IMG/VR virus record: IMGVR_UViG_3300044797_000098
Span: 310,001 to 374,000 of that record
Direction: 5' to 3' (one strand)
Length of the DNA: 64,000 bases
This document shows positions 1 through 9,386 of the stretch, one piece after another. The notes under the pieces are model-generated. The model worked only from the letters and a program-made list of their open reading frames with translations. It had not been told where the DNA came from and did not search any database. Numbering within the stretch: position 1 is the first letter of the stretch; every line of letters begins with the position of its first letter. Both the position numbers and the translations under genes were made by a program.

Positions 1-79
1 TTATATCACCAAGTTTTTCGATTGATGCTACGAATTGTGAGGTTTTAGTTAGTAAATCCATTAGTAAAATACTGAATTA

Positions 80-742
80 TTAGATATCGATTACTCTCAC
101 TGGATTGACAACTTCGTATTTGGCATTCAAAATTGCACAATTAGCGAATACGATATCGTTAATTACTTTAACCCCGCTGCTTGGATGACAATGCCCGAAA
201 AGATGAGCCTTCAATGATTTTAATTGTTGGATGCGTTTTGCAAGCATTTCGCATCCGATATTACGAATAATCTCTTCTCCAAACCAAACCTCTCCTGTTG
301 GAACCCGATCGAGAATGTCATATGGCGGTGAATGTGTTATGAGTATATCAACATCATTAGGGATAGCATTCCATCTTTTTGCAATATCTTCACCTCTCGA
401 AGCCATGAACCAATACTCACCATATGCAGGTGTCCAAGGCGAACCATAAAACTTTACTCCATCAATTACATCTTCGTTATCTTCCAGATATGTGATGCCA
501 GCATCTTGTAAGTATGCCAGAGCCGTATCACGATAGTATGATTGTGCTTGGAACCGATCATGATTACCGAATATGACATACTTCTTTTTATGAGGAAGTT
601 CTCCCATCCATTCTGCAAAATCATTCATAATTTTTAATTGACCGCTAATGGTAATATCACCACAACACACCGCAACATCTCCATCGGGAACATCAATACC
701 CCTATGATGTCCATGCATATCTGAAAAACTACATATTCTCAT
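80..742 (-). CDS. Calcineurin-like metallophosphoesterase (MPPED/239FB-like)
   Basis: Motifs SDMH, CGD, GNHD, THSPP, GHCH in canonical order. Confidence 0.9.
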   Translation of the reverse strand: MRICSFSDMHGHHRGIDVPDGDVAVCCGDITISGQLKIMNDFAEWMGELPHKKKYVIFGNHDRFQAQSYYRDTALAYLQDAGITYLEDNEDVIDGVKFYGSPWTPAYGEYWFMASRGEDIAKRWNAIPNDVDILITHSPPYDILDRVPTGEVWFGEEIIRNIGCEMLAKRIQQLKSLKAHLFGHCHPSSGVKVINDIVFANCAILNAKYEVVNPVRVIDI

Positions 743-1416
743 TATACACCAAAAAACATTTTTATTTTTTCAATAATTTCATTACGAAACTCTAACGTTA
801 TTTTTTTCCATTTTATGCGTAAAATAATCCAACCATTATCTATTAAAAATCTATCTTTCTTTTCATCTGAAAGCTTTCGTTCTAATATTTCGTGTTGTTT
901 TCCGTCAATTTCCATCGCTAATTTTTTATCTATATTGGCAAAATCAATAAACCATTTCCCTACTTTGTATTCACGTTGATATGAAACATTAAGTTCGTCC
1001 AACATAGATATAATATATTTTTCTGGGTAGGATGGTTCTATTTTAGATCTTGATGTCCATCCAGTATGGGTTCCATTAGCCACACGTTCTTTGGCTTTAA
1101 TTGAAAGACGTTTTCTAGTTTCTGGGTTTGTAGGAGCTTGTGATTTACACTTGGTAGAGCAGTATTGTTGTGTTTTTCTATGTTTAATAACGAAGACTTT
1201 ATTACAAAATAAACAGTTTCTTTCTTGTTTTGGTTTCTGCAACGCTAATGATGTTTTTAATTTGGATGAATCTGTATGTCGTAAGTTAGAAAAATATGTA
1301 TTAGAACATCCTAATGAACATGTTGTTTTCTCTTTCGGACTACCTTGTGTAGTAGTAAATACTTTATCGCAGACTGGACAGTTTTTATTTATTAATTTAT
1401 ATTTTCTTACACCCAT
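742..1416 (-). CDS. Zinc-finger + DUF559/Vsr-like PD-(D/E)xK endonuclease (probable homing endonuclease)
   Basis: CPVC..CSxxC repeats then YQREY..FIDFAN..LAMEIDGKQH..D..L...GW.ILRI; start placed at MGVRKY (1416) downstream of a terminator. Confidence 0.75.
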   Translation of the reverse strand: MGVRKYKLINKNCPVCDKVFTTTQGSPKEKTTCSLGCSNTYFSNLRHTDSSKLKTSLALQKPKQERNCLFCNKVFVIKHRKTQQYCSTKCKSQAPTNPETRKRLSIKAKERVANGTHTGWTSRSKIEPSYPEKYIISMLDELNVSYQREYKVGKWFIDFANIDKKLAMEIDGKQHEILERKLSDEKKDRFLIDNGWIILRIKWKKITLEFRNEIIEKIKMFFGV

Positions 1417-1433
1417 TAATTCCAATATAGTAT

Positions 1434-1468
1434 AAAAACTCACCCAGCATTTTGACATACTGGGTGAG
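1434..1468 (-). terminator. Intrinsic terminator
   Basis: 9-bp stem CTCACCCAG/CTGGGTGAG followed by TTTTT on the minus strand. Confidence 0.75.
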
Positions 1469-1525
1469 CAGACCAACGAACAACACAACTAACAACGAAA
1501 GGAAACAAACAATGAAACGAACGAA

Positions 1526-1867
1526 TTAAACTTTTGGAAGATTAATCTTCGATGCTACCCATTGATAGATAGTTTCGAATGATTGAACTGGGCAGAAAAA
1601 CAAGTTTTGAAGAAAGGCTTCGAGATATTGTAATTTATTTGGCATGAATGGTGTTTTATCGATGAACAATGATTTTAGTGTAAGTGCAACACCGAGACAA
1701 CCACCAACGAGAAAATATAAACCTGTGTGGAACAATACACCAAACGCTCCACCAAGAACAACTACTGCATGGGCAAGCAACCAAGGAATTGGTTTTGAGC
1801 GATCTACCATGAAAAATACATAAACTGCGTATAATGCAAGGAAAACGAAGTGAAGGATGTTAGGCAT
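1526..1867 (-). CDS. Hypothetical membrane protein
   Basis: Three hydrophobic N-terminal segments; GGAG RBS. Confidence 0.65.
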   Translation of the reverse strand: MPNILHFVFLALYAVYVFFMVDRSKPIPWLLAHAVVVLGGAFGVLFHTGLYFLVGGCLGVALTLKSLFIDKTPFMPNKLQYLEAFLQNLFFCPVQSFETIYQWVASKINLPKV

Positions 1868-1936
1868 TGATTTGACTCCCTGTATATTTTGGGATTAGTC
1901 CCAGATTACTAATGTATGCAGGATTATGCCTATTTA

Positions 1937-3031
1937 CTATTGCCCTTTTTTAAAGAATGACTTTATACAAGGCAATATATCATCATCAGATCCGATTGTT
2001 GCGACATTGATTTGATCATTATCCCCGAAGTCTTTTTCGAGATATCTGGCAAAATCACCGCTACCAGCATTGGTTTTTGTTTCACCAAAATTGAACGCAT
2101 TACAATTTGGCAAAATACGATCTCTTAATAATTGACCACACAAACGATTGTCTTCATCACTAAAATTATCTCCATCACCCCCAGCGAATACATAAGAATT
2201 ATATTCCGAAAACGGAAACTCTTCTTCAAGTAATTTCGCTACCAATTTGAATGCGGAAGATATTTGAGTTCCGCCGGAGGAATTGATTTTGAAAAAATCA
2301 TCGCGTTCAACAACCTTGGCTTTCGTGTCATGAATAATAAAAATACTTTCGATGTTTTTATATGTTTTACCGAGAATGAGATCAATCCAAAAACATATTT
2401 TTTGAAACCTTTGACGGGCCTCATCACTCATGGAACCGCTACAATCGAGAGTGTATGCGATGAAACAAGATGTTTCTGGTTTAGGCTGAACACTGGAAGT
2501 TTTATATCTCACATCTTTTCTAATAGGAATTACAATCGATGTGTCTGGTGAATAAATGCCAGACGCAATAGATCTCTGCAATGCGTTTTTATATGTTCTT
2601 TTAAAATTCCGAATGACGCCGTTGTCTCCAACTTTATTGTATTTTGCTTTTTCTGAATTGACCCCGCCTTTACCTTTTGGTAAAAGATCGGGTAATTGTA
2701 ATTCCTCTCGGATCATGTCTGCCAATTCATCCCTATCAAACTCAATGTATGAATGCTCTCCTTCATCATCCCCGGCCTCTTTACCGCCTTTTCCTTTGCC
2801 TTTACCTTGTCCGGGCATCGGATCGCCGATTTCTCCATCACCGCTTCCAGCCCCACCATTCTGCCCGCCAAACGAAAATCTCGGTAAGTCAATGCTTGCT
2901 AACGGCACTTTAATAATTTTGCCTGAAACTTGTGCTGTCATAGCGTCTGATGTAGCAAACTTTTTGAGATCTTTTCGAACTTTACCTTTAATAATCGAGT
3001 GAAACCGATCAACATCATTACCGATTTTCAT
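1937..3031 (-). CDS. yeaH: YeaH/YhbH (DUF444) family vWA-domain protein
   Basis: N-terminal D.DRF..IIKGKVR..LKKF, Gly-rich linker GSGDGEIGD, EL.LP.L.PKG, MIDAS LDCSGSM, GGTQISSA, DGDN. Confidence 0.88.
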   Translation of the reverse strand: MKIGNDVDRFHSIIKGKVRKDLKKFATSDAMTAQVSGKIIKVPLASIDLPRFSFGGQNGGAGSGDGEIGDPMPGQGKGKGKGGKEAGDDEGEHSYIEFDRDELADMIREELQLPDLLPKGKGGVNSEKAKYNKVGDNGVIRNFKRTYKNALQRSIASGIYSPDTSIVIPIRKDVRYKTSSVQPKPETSCFIAYTLDCSGSMSDEARQRFQKICFWIDLILGKTYKNIESIFIIHDTKAKVVERDDFFKINSSGGTQISSAFKLVAKLLEEEFPFSEYNSYVFAGGDGDNFSDEDNRLCGQLLRDRILPNCNAFNFGETKTNAGSGDFARYLEKDFGDNDQINVATIGSDDDILPCIKSFFKKGQ

Positions 3032-3055
3032 AGCAGCATCCTTTGGTTAAATGCT

Positions 3056-3084
3056 ATAATAATCACCGCCAGCCAACCTGTCAA
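3056..3084 (-). promoter_or_regulatory. Sigma70-type promoter for yeaH
   Basis: TTGACA-17 bp-TATTAT. Confidence 0.75.
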
Positions 3085-3097
3085 GGCTTACATTGTC

Positions 3098-3433
3098 CTA
3101 CATCAGCAACTGATATTTATCCCATTCTTCTTGTGGTAAAAACACATACCCATCATTTTGTAATTCTTTATCAAGCAAGTTCTGTAAATCTACTAGTGAG
3201 TTAGAATAATCCCTGTGCCCGCCAAACACTGTTATACCTTCATTTGGCCAAACAACTCTTCCCTCATATGAAAATCCACTTAAATGCCCGTCAGGATTCG
3301 GCGATACCCAACACAATGTCGTTCTCATATTTTTATTTTTTCTATACCTAATATGATATCTTCGCCATCTTACAATTCCCCTGATTTCTTCGGGTGTCCA
3401 AGGCGACACTAATTTTGTTATATCCATAATCAC
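3098..3433 (-). CDS. Small protein, family A (LSPW/LTPY), C-terminal tag DKYQLLM
   Basis: Paralog of the next five ORFs: L.SPW...DKEL...GY.F. Confidence 0.75.
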   Translation of the reverse strand: MIMDITKLVSPWTPEEIRGIVRWRRYHIRYRKNKNMRTTLCWVSPNPDGHLSGFSYEGRVVWPNEGITVFGGHRDYSNSLVDLQNLLDKELQNDGYVFLPQEEWDKYQLLM

Positions 3434-3660
3434 ACCAGCAACCTATACTTATCAAACCCATCTTCCGAAGAACACAATTTATACCCGGCACTTATTAGTT
3501 CCCTATCTATACTACCCATAACAATCCAAAACTCATGATTGGAATTATGCCCCACAATATGTTCTGCTCGAATGATATTATTTAACGATATTCTGTAATA
3601 TCGCGTGTAATAGTCAAACTTTCGTGCTCGCCAAGGTGATAGTATATAACTTTCTTTCAT
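3430..3660 (-). CDS. Small protein, family A, C-terminal tag DKYRLLV
   Basis: ILSPW...DRELISAGY; ATGA coupling. Confidence 0.75.
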   Translation of the reverse strand: MKESYILSPWRARKFDYYTRYYRISLNNIIRAEHIVGHNSNHEFWIVMGSIDRELISAGYKLCSSEDGFDKYRLLV

Positions 3661-3971
3661 ATCAATAACGAATACTTATCCCATTGTTCCTGATCGCATA
3701 ATATATAACCAAGATCAGTTAGTTCTTTATCAATCAGATTCTGTCCCTCTTGTATAGAGGAAAAATCAATCATCCTATTATGAGATGAGCGTATTATATA
3801 ATGTATCGCACGACTAAATGATTTATCAAAACCGTAATAAGCCACCCACGCACCCCACAACTCTGGCTGTAAATCGTTTCCACCAACTCTCCATCTAACA
3901 AAAATATTTGCATCGATCTGTTGTTCATCAACAAAAACTGACCAAGGTGATAGTAATTTACTTTCTTTCAT
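3657..3971 (-). CDS. Small protein, family A, C-terminal tag DKYSLLI
   Basis: LLSPW...DKELTDLGY; ATGA coupling. Confidence 0.75.
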   Translation of the reverse strand: MKESKLLSPWSVFVDEQQIDANIFVRWRVGGNDLQPELWGAWVAYYGFDKSFSRAIHYIIRSSHNRMIDFSSIQEGQNLIDKELTDLGYILCDQEQWDKYSLLI

Positions 3972-4231
3972 ATCAACAACACCTGCTCTTCTGTCAAAAG
4001 AATATAATCATTATTGACTAACATTTTATCCATGCTCGTCATTGCGCTTTCCATTGTATTGAAAATCCTTCTATCGTGGTATTTTTGATTGAACTTATCA
4101 CCTATATAGGTATGAGACCACTCGTTAGAGACTAATTCATATACTAATCCAATACACACGTTATCCAACGAATATCTTGCATAACTATCATCTAATTTAT
4201 AATAGGGTGTTAGACATTTTCCTTTATTCAT
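3968..4231 (-). CDS. Small protein, family A, C-terminal tag EEQVLLI
   Basis: LTPY...DKMLVNNDYILLTEEQ. Confidence 0.75.
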   Translation of the reverse strand: MNKGKCLTPYYKLDDSYARYSLDNVCIGLVYELVSNEWSHTYIGDKFNQKYHDRRIFNTMESAMTSMDKMLVNNDYILLTEEQVLLI

Positions 4232-4476
4232 TAGATTAATAACATTTGTTCTTCTGTCAAAAGAATATAACCTTTATTCACAAGCAATGTATCCATACTT
4301 GTAATCGCGCCTTCTTTTGTGTCAAAATATCTTTGCTTCTCAGTATAAAATGAATGCGTCCATTCTTTACCTATTGTTTGATACACTACACAAACAAAAC
4401 TATAATTTTCTAAATTGCGTCTGCGATGATATCCATCTATCGAACTATATGGCGTGAGGTATCTGGATTTGTCCAT
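4231..4476 (-). CDS. Small protein, family A, C-terminal tag EEQMLLI
   Basis: YLTPY...DTLLVNKGYILLTEEQ. Confidence 0.75.
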   Translation of the reverse strand: MDKSRYLTPYSSIDGYHRRRNLENYSFVCVVYQTIGKEWTHSFYTEKQRYFDTKEGAITSMDTLLVNKGYILLTEEQMLLI

Positions 4477-4477
4477 T

Positions 4478-4777
4478 TTATATTAACAATGCTTGTTCTT
4501 CTGTCAGAATGACATAACCAAGTTTAATTAGATTCTTATCTAAATCTACCATTGCTTCTCGTAATGAATAATATTGTTTATGTCTACAAGGTGTTATAAA
4601 CCAGTATTTTCCTATGTCAAACTTTGTCGAATATAATATATGCCCATCATATATTGGATCTAATTCTTTTCCTGATAAAAACCTACGAATATATCTATGC
4701 GTATCGAGCTTTTTATCAAGTGAAAATTGAACTTTTTCATATGGCAACAAGTATTTAGAACGACTCATCTGTTTCAA
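4478..4777 (-). CDS. Small protein, family A, C-terminal tag EEQALLI
   Basis: YLLPY...DKNLIKLGYVILTEEQ. Confidence 0.75.
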   Translation of the reverse strand: MKQMSRSKYLLPYEKVQFSLDKKLDTHRYIRRFLSGKELDPIYDGHILYSTKFDIGKYWFITPCRHKQYYSLREAMVDLDKNLIKLGYVILTEEQALLI

Positions 4778-4973
4778 TAACCTTTTTTAATTCAATCTTT
4801 GCCAACCATTCTTTTTGCCAAGATTTTGTTTCTTCAATGTATTGTAATGCTTCTTCTTTTGAATCGAAGTGTTTCGTTCTGGCAGTTCGATCGTCAAGAT
4901 CATTTGTTATATTGCCAAGACTATCTGGAAGCCAACATATAAAATATACTTTATAGTAAGTTTTAGTATCCAT
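4755..4973 (-). CDS. Hypothetical protein
   Basis: ORF tiling the minus-strand run. Confidence 0.6.
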   Translation of the reverse strand: MDTKTYYKVYFICWLPDSLGNITNDLDDRTARTKHFDSKEEALQYIEETKSWQKEWLAKIELKKVIETDESF

Positions 4974-5220
4974 AGTATTCTGCTGTTGCCTCTTTACACA
5001 TAGTTATATAATTCGCCATATGCGTTAGCGCTTCTTCCAAGCCAATACATCCGTCGAAGTCATCACCAACTTCCATTCCGCATTCGGTTTTACCATCGAT
5101 ATCCAACCGAAGATACCCGCCACGGTATCTAATATAAATATCGTGGTCATCAACTGTTTTTCCTTCCCATTGTGATGGGCAACCAAAACAAGTCTGTTTT
5201 ATTGTTTTTATTTGATACAT
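4963..5220 (-). CDS. Hypothetical phage protein (TCxxCPSQWEG...YIRYR)
   Basis: Cys-containing motif seen in uncharacterised phage proteins; tiling. Confidence 0.65.
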   Translation of the reverse strand: MYQIKTIKQTCFGCPSQWEGKTVDDHDIYIRYRGGYLRLDIDGKTECGMEVGDDFDGCIGLEEALTHMANYITMCKEATAEYYGY

Positions 5221-5522
5221 TCTGTTTTAATCTCCGTGTATAATTTATCGTATTCTTTTCCGAATACCTTTTTTGCTTCGCCAATCAATAACTCCAAAAA
5301 CTTTTCTTCATCCTTTGGTTTTGCCACGGTATGTTTGTTTTTAGTTATATGCTGGATGAACCGCTCTTGTTCAATAATAAATCTAAATACCGCATCAACT
5401 GCAAACTTATTTTTTTGTTCTTCGAGATTGGAACGAAACTGTTCCAATGATATTTTACGATTGTAAAAATAGTTTTCTCGATGAAGAACTATATCAATGG
5501 GGTCTGCTCCGCCTTGTTTCAT
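5208..5522 (-). CDS. Hypothetical protein
   Basis: Start at MKQGG overlaps upstream stop (ATGA). Confidence 0.6.
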   Translation of the reverse strand: MKQGGADPIDIVLHRENYFYNRKISLEQFRSNLEEQKNKFAVDAVFRFIIEQERFIQHITKNKHTVAKPKDEEKFLELLIGEAKKVFGKEYDKLYTEIKTECIK

Positions 5523-5698
5523 TTGTGTTCGGGGCAAAATGCTTTGATTACTTTGGCATCTTCCATATCAAGTTTCCAACCAGCATCATACAACGCTTTA
5601 ATTAGATCTCCCCAAGTTTCCTCAAACTGATCGAATCCAATTGATTGACATAATTTGCAGCCATCATGATCGCATACGACATTTATATGTATTGCCAT
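5519..5698 (-). CDS. Small putative Zn-binding protein (59 aa, not in ORF track)
   Basis: MAIHINVVCDHDGC...AGW...FCPEHK; fills the gap exactly with ATGA coupling. Confidence 0.7.
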   Translation of the reverse strand: MAIHINVVCDHDGCKLCQSIGFDQFEETWGDLIKALYDAGWKLDMEDAKVIKAFCPEHK

Positions 5699-5699
5699 C

Positions 5700-6218
5700 T
5701 TATACTCCGAGATATTCGTTCAACATAGTATCAATTTGCAATTTGACAAAAGAATCACTAATTAATTCTGCTGGTAAATCATAACCTTGGAATGGATTCA
5801 TCCATAAATATATTGCAGAATGAAAATTGTAATCGACTATTTCTTTCCAATTAGCAACAACATCAAAACTTGGATTTATTCTTTTATTAGCATAACATTG
5901 CGCCAAGTATGCTTTCTTTTCATAATTGGCACGAAACAAAAATGGAAACGGCAAAAGGTATAAAAACGAATAGAATATGTTCCTGCTACGATCCATTACA
6001 TGAACGCTCTCATGCAATATTCTGGCTGGGTCTTGTTCAACTTGGTCGAGTGATACCACATAAATTGTATTTCCGATTGTTGTCCAATAATTGGTCATAA
6101 ATGCATTTGTTTGCCAAAACATTATTGCTGCAATGGCTTTCATGAACCACGAAGATTTTTTCTCAACTATATTCACTTGTGGGAAGTGTTCCTTCACAAT
6201 ATTAACTATTGATGCCAT
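5700..6218 (-). CDS. Putative HExxH zinc metallopeptidase-like protein
   Basis: TTIGNTIY...ILHESVHVMD...YEKKAY. Confidence 0.6.
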   Translation of the reverse strand: MASIVNIVKEHFPQVNIVEKKSSWFMKAIAAIMFWQTNAFMTNYWTTIGNTIYVVSLDQVEQDPARILHESVHVMDRSRNIFYSFLYLLPFPFLFRANYEKKAYLAQCYANKRINPSFDVVANWKEIVDYNFHSAIYLWMNPFQGYDLPAELISDSFVKLQIDTMLNEYLGV

Positions 6219-6229
6219 AATAGTTTCCT

Positions 6230-6619
6230 TTATTTCAATATCTCTAATCTATCCACATTAGAAAACTTCTTTAAATCTTCTAAATCAATTTTAAATCTTG
6301 CTGTTTTATTCATTGTATAATGGTCTTCAATATATGGTATTTCGCTATTATCTAATTCTTGTCTAATATAAGGAAGCATCTGATCATATACGCTGGTTCT
6401 TTCATGAGGCGGGTAATTACCAGAATATGATGATACAATAAAATCATCAACAACTATTTCTTTTCTACCTGATTTTATCGCAGACTTGCAACTATCGAAT
6501 ATATTTTTCCACATCACGCGAATAAAATTAGCAACGAACTTATTATCGATATAAGCATACTCGTATTTGGTTTCGGAAAATATCTTTATTAATTCTAATT
6601 TAGCGTCTCTTTTTTCCAC
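6230..6619 (-). CDS. Hypothetical protein
   Basis: Tiling ORF. Confidence 0.6.
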   Translation of the reverse strand: MEKRDAKLELIKIFSETKYEYAYIDNKFVANFIRVMWKNIFDSCKSAIKSGRKEIVVDDFIVSSYSGNYPPHERTSVYDQMLPYIRQELDNSEIPYIEDHYTMNKTARFKIDLEDLKKFSNVDRLEILK

Positions 6620-6620
6620 A

Positions 6621-6938
6621 TTATCCTAATATAAAAAATATCTTACTATCCTTTACGCATAATTTATATAATTTATTTTTTGGTAATTTAGATTTCTTCA
6701 CAATAGAATTAATAATCGCCATCGCAATTTTCAATTCCTCATCTGGAAGAAAAAAATTATTCGTTTTATATCTTAATATTTTTTCTTTATTATGAGGGTA
6801 TTCAAGACTTGGATTATAGCAAACTGCTTCAATTATTAATGATTTACCACGAATGAACTCTAAATTAAGCACACGAAACTCGAAGCGCTGCTTCTGGTAG
6901 CGACATTCGCCAGATGATGCTGTGCTCGGTGAGTTCAT
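6621..6938 (-). CDS. Hypothetical protein
   Basis: Tiling ORF. Confidence 0.55.
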   Translation of the reverse strand: MNSPSTASSGECRYQKQRFEFRVLNLEFIRGKSLIIEAVCYNPSLEYPHNKEKILRYKTNNFFLPDEELKIAMAIINSIVKKSKLPKNKLYKLCVKDSKIFFILG

Positions 6939-6959
6939 AATAATTATGCCATTTTATTG

Positions 6960-7003
6960 TTAGTAATTAACTTTATTTTACTTAGTAATTAACTTTATTT
7001 TAC
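6960..7003. repeat. 22-bp tandem duplication over the NRDE stop codon
   Basis: TTAGTAATTAACTTTATTTTAC x2 (6960-6981, 6982-7003). Confidence 0.9.
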
Positions 7004-7859
7004 TTAGACATTTATCTAAGAACTCTAATGCAGCGAATGGTGAGGCCGTTTCTTCCTTGTCCTCATCCTCATCGTCTATTTCTTCTGAAACTTGTTTTTC
7101 ATTTGAGTTTCTGAAAAGATCGATGTAATCTTTGTATTTTGGAATACTTGGTTCATCTGGCTTTCTTGGCAATCGTTGTATGGTTCTATCATAGAGTTTA
7201 TATCTTGCTAATCCTTGTTCTGAAAAGGCTAATATAGACGATGATTTTGTGCATACACCAGTGATTTTGTCATCTTTTTTAGATGGTTTTATTCTTAAAT
7301 AATCTTTATTTGCAAGAGTTCTTTTTAATATTTTGTAATATGCAAGCCAATCTTTATCTGTGATTGCATCAAGTTTAGAATGGACATATTGATTTTTTGC
7401 TGGTATTCTACTAAATACCATATCATTTGATATGACATGCACCCCATGAGTTAATTCTTTTATTACCATTGAATGCAAAATATATGAATGTGCTATGAAA
7501 ACTTTATCCTGATTCCCGAATATTAAATTGAAACCGTTATACAACAACGGATCAATTTCTTCAACGAACTGAATAAGATCATTAAGCTTTGTGGATTTCA
7601 ACGCTTCCATTACAATTTTACCGCGAGTTTCTAATACCGGATTTGTATTACCTTGGTTAGTTATTCCAACGAATAAGGAATGACCATTTACCGCAAGCCA
7701 AGTTCCACCTTTTAATTCGTCTCTTCCGCCCATAATCAACGGGTTTGTTGATAGTAATTGAACACCGGATGATGGGCGTGCAATATCTTCATCCCGATTG
7801 GACGCGATTACGAGCGGAAAACCTTTGTAGTGATGATTTATTACTATGATGGAACACAT
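6978..7859 (-). CDS. NRDE/TANGO2 family protein (Ntn-hydrolase-like)
   Basis: N-terminal MC; LVIASNRDE...RP; GRDELKGGTWL; TNQ; YNGFNLIFG. Confidence 0.88.
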   Translation of the reverse strand: MCSIIVINHHYKGFPLVIASNRDEDIARPSSGVQLLSTNPLIMGGRDELKGGTWLAVNGHSLFVGITNQGNTNPVLETRGKIVMEALKSTKLNDLIQFVEEIDPLLYNGFNLIFGNQDKVFIAHSYILHSMVIKELTHGVHVISNDMVFSRIPAKNQYVHSKLDAITDKDWLAYYKILKRTLANKDYLRIKPSKKDDKITGVCTKSSSILAFSEQGLARYKLYDRTIQRLPRKPDEPSIPKYKDYIDLFRNSNEKQVSEEIDDEDEDKEETASPFAALEFLDKCLSKIKLITK

Positions 7860-7869
7860 TATGTTCGGA

Positions 7870-8097
7870 TTAGCCTCGTGTTGCTTGTATTACTTTATTA
7901 CCTTCAATGATGAGATTGACTCTGTCTGAACGATGTTCCGCAGTATATGGTGCTTTTGGATCTTTCATAACTCTGATATTATCGACGCCGTTCAATTTTA
8001 ATGTCCTAACTGCTTGTTCTTCTGTCATACCGACAATATGATCAATTACATCATCGTGTGATGCTTTTACTGTTGTTGTGTGTTTAATTGTTGTCAT
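7870..8097 (-). CDS. Peptidase inhibitor I78-like protein
   Basis: VGM...RV.....T.EHRSDRVNLIIE.NKV..A.RG. Confidence 0.7.
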   Translation of the reverse strand: MTTIKHTTTVKASHDDVIDHIVGMTEEQAVRTLKLNGVDNIRVMKDPKAPYTAEHRSDRVNLIIEGNKVIQATRG

Positions 8098-8900
8098 TAT
8101 GCTACCCTCTTTAATACCATATCAACTCTACTGGATTTCAGTTTTATTAAATGATCTCTTACTTTGTTCAGAAAATAACTTCTCTCTTTTAGATTTTCTA
8201 AATCTTTTGTTGCTTCGAGCAGACTAACCATAACTGGTATATTGATTTTATCGATCATAATCATACGCAACGCATCATCTACTATTGATTGTTTGTTTTC
8301 TTTATTCATTTTACTTACTGTTTCAGATATAAAATCTGTTGCTTGTGCGGTTTTATTTGCTTTTACAAGATCGTTTATTTTATCAATGAATGCTTCGCGT
8401 TCCTTATATGCTGGGCTCCCGTAATAATTGTTATTATTATAGGTTTGCGTTTGGTGTGATTGTTGTGATTGATATGGTTTATCATACGGCGCATATGATT
8501 GCGTGGACTTTGGTCTATCGTTATATTGTTGGGAATATGGATATGTGGCGTTTGACAATTCTTTTATATTCAATGCGAAAAAATTATAGATACTACTTTC
8601 TACTTCTTTACACCATTCTATAATGCCAGTGGATTCATTTATTCTATCGCCAGTGATATAGTCTTTGATGTCAAAAGAATAAAACTGAACTTTTCTATTA
8701 ATAACATCCACATGAACATAAAACTCTTCCTTTGTATAATGCTTATGATATACAAGTGGAAGTGATTTTAGTTTTTCACCCATAACAATGAACTTCTTGG
8801 CTTCATCGAAGAAAAAATAATTTACATCCTTTTTAGGATGTTCTTTGATTAAATCAAGAAAATTAAGTATCTTGTTGTAATTTGTCAGATCATTAATCAT
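8097..8900 (-). CDS. Hypothetical protein with Q/Y/N-rich linker
   Basis: 267-aa tiling ORF. Confidence 0.7.
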   Translation of the reverse strand: MINDLTNYNKILNFLDLIKEHPKKDVNYFFFDEAKKFIVMGEKLKSLPLVYHKHYTKEEFYVHVDVINRKVQFYSFDIKDYITGDRINESTGIIEWCKEVESSIYNFFALNIKELSNATYPYSQQYNDRPKSTQSYAPYDKPYQSQQSHQTQTYNNNNYYGSPAYKEREAFIDKINDLVKANKTAQATDFISETVSKMNKENKQSIVDDALRMIMIDKINIPVMVSLLEATKDLENLKERSYFLNKVRDHLIKLKSSRVDMVLKRVA

Positions 8901-9385
8901 TGTGTTGGCTCTGGTGGTGTTTCTGGTTTAATTTCTGGCTCTGTTGTTTCTTGTGCTACCGGTGTTTCTTCCTCGATATCTTCCTCAACATCTTCTTCAC
9001 TGTCTTCGTCTTGTGTAAATTTAACCAATTTAAGATGCGTTGCCTTAGCCTTTTTTGTGGATGAACCAATATCTGTTTTTGCTGATGTGCTTTGGGTCGA
9101 CCAAGCAAAACGCGATCCTCCAACGCTAACTGAAACAATGAATGTATAAAAAGGAATGTTGCTCTCGACTAACATAGATACCAATGTTGTTCTAATTTCT
9201 TCTGCATCTATATTGTCATTGGAACTAACCAATAATGCGAATAGTGCCGTTGGACAATTTTGATCTGTAAGCAGATGGCTTTTGCCGAATGGCGCAATAC
9301 CATATCCAGCCCTGAAAATCAGCGCAACAACTTTATCTATTGATGTATCGTTTGGCACACACATAAAAACTGCACAAGTATTCAT
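8897..9385 (-). CDS. Hypothetical protein, acidic tail; probable paralog of 9387-9761
   Basis: IDKVVALIFRAGY vs VDKAIVAFVKKGY; HLKLVK vs YLKVLK. Confidence 0.6.
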   Translation of the reverse strand: MNTCAVFMCVPNDTSIDKVVALIFRAGYGIAPFGKSHLLTDQNCPTALFALLVSSNDNIDAEEIRTTLVSMLVESNIPFYTFIVSVSVGGSRFAWSTQSTSAKTDIGSSTKKAKATHLKLVKFTQDEDSEEDVEEDIEEETPVAQETTEPEIKPETPPEPTQ

Positions 9386-9386
9386 T

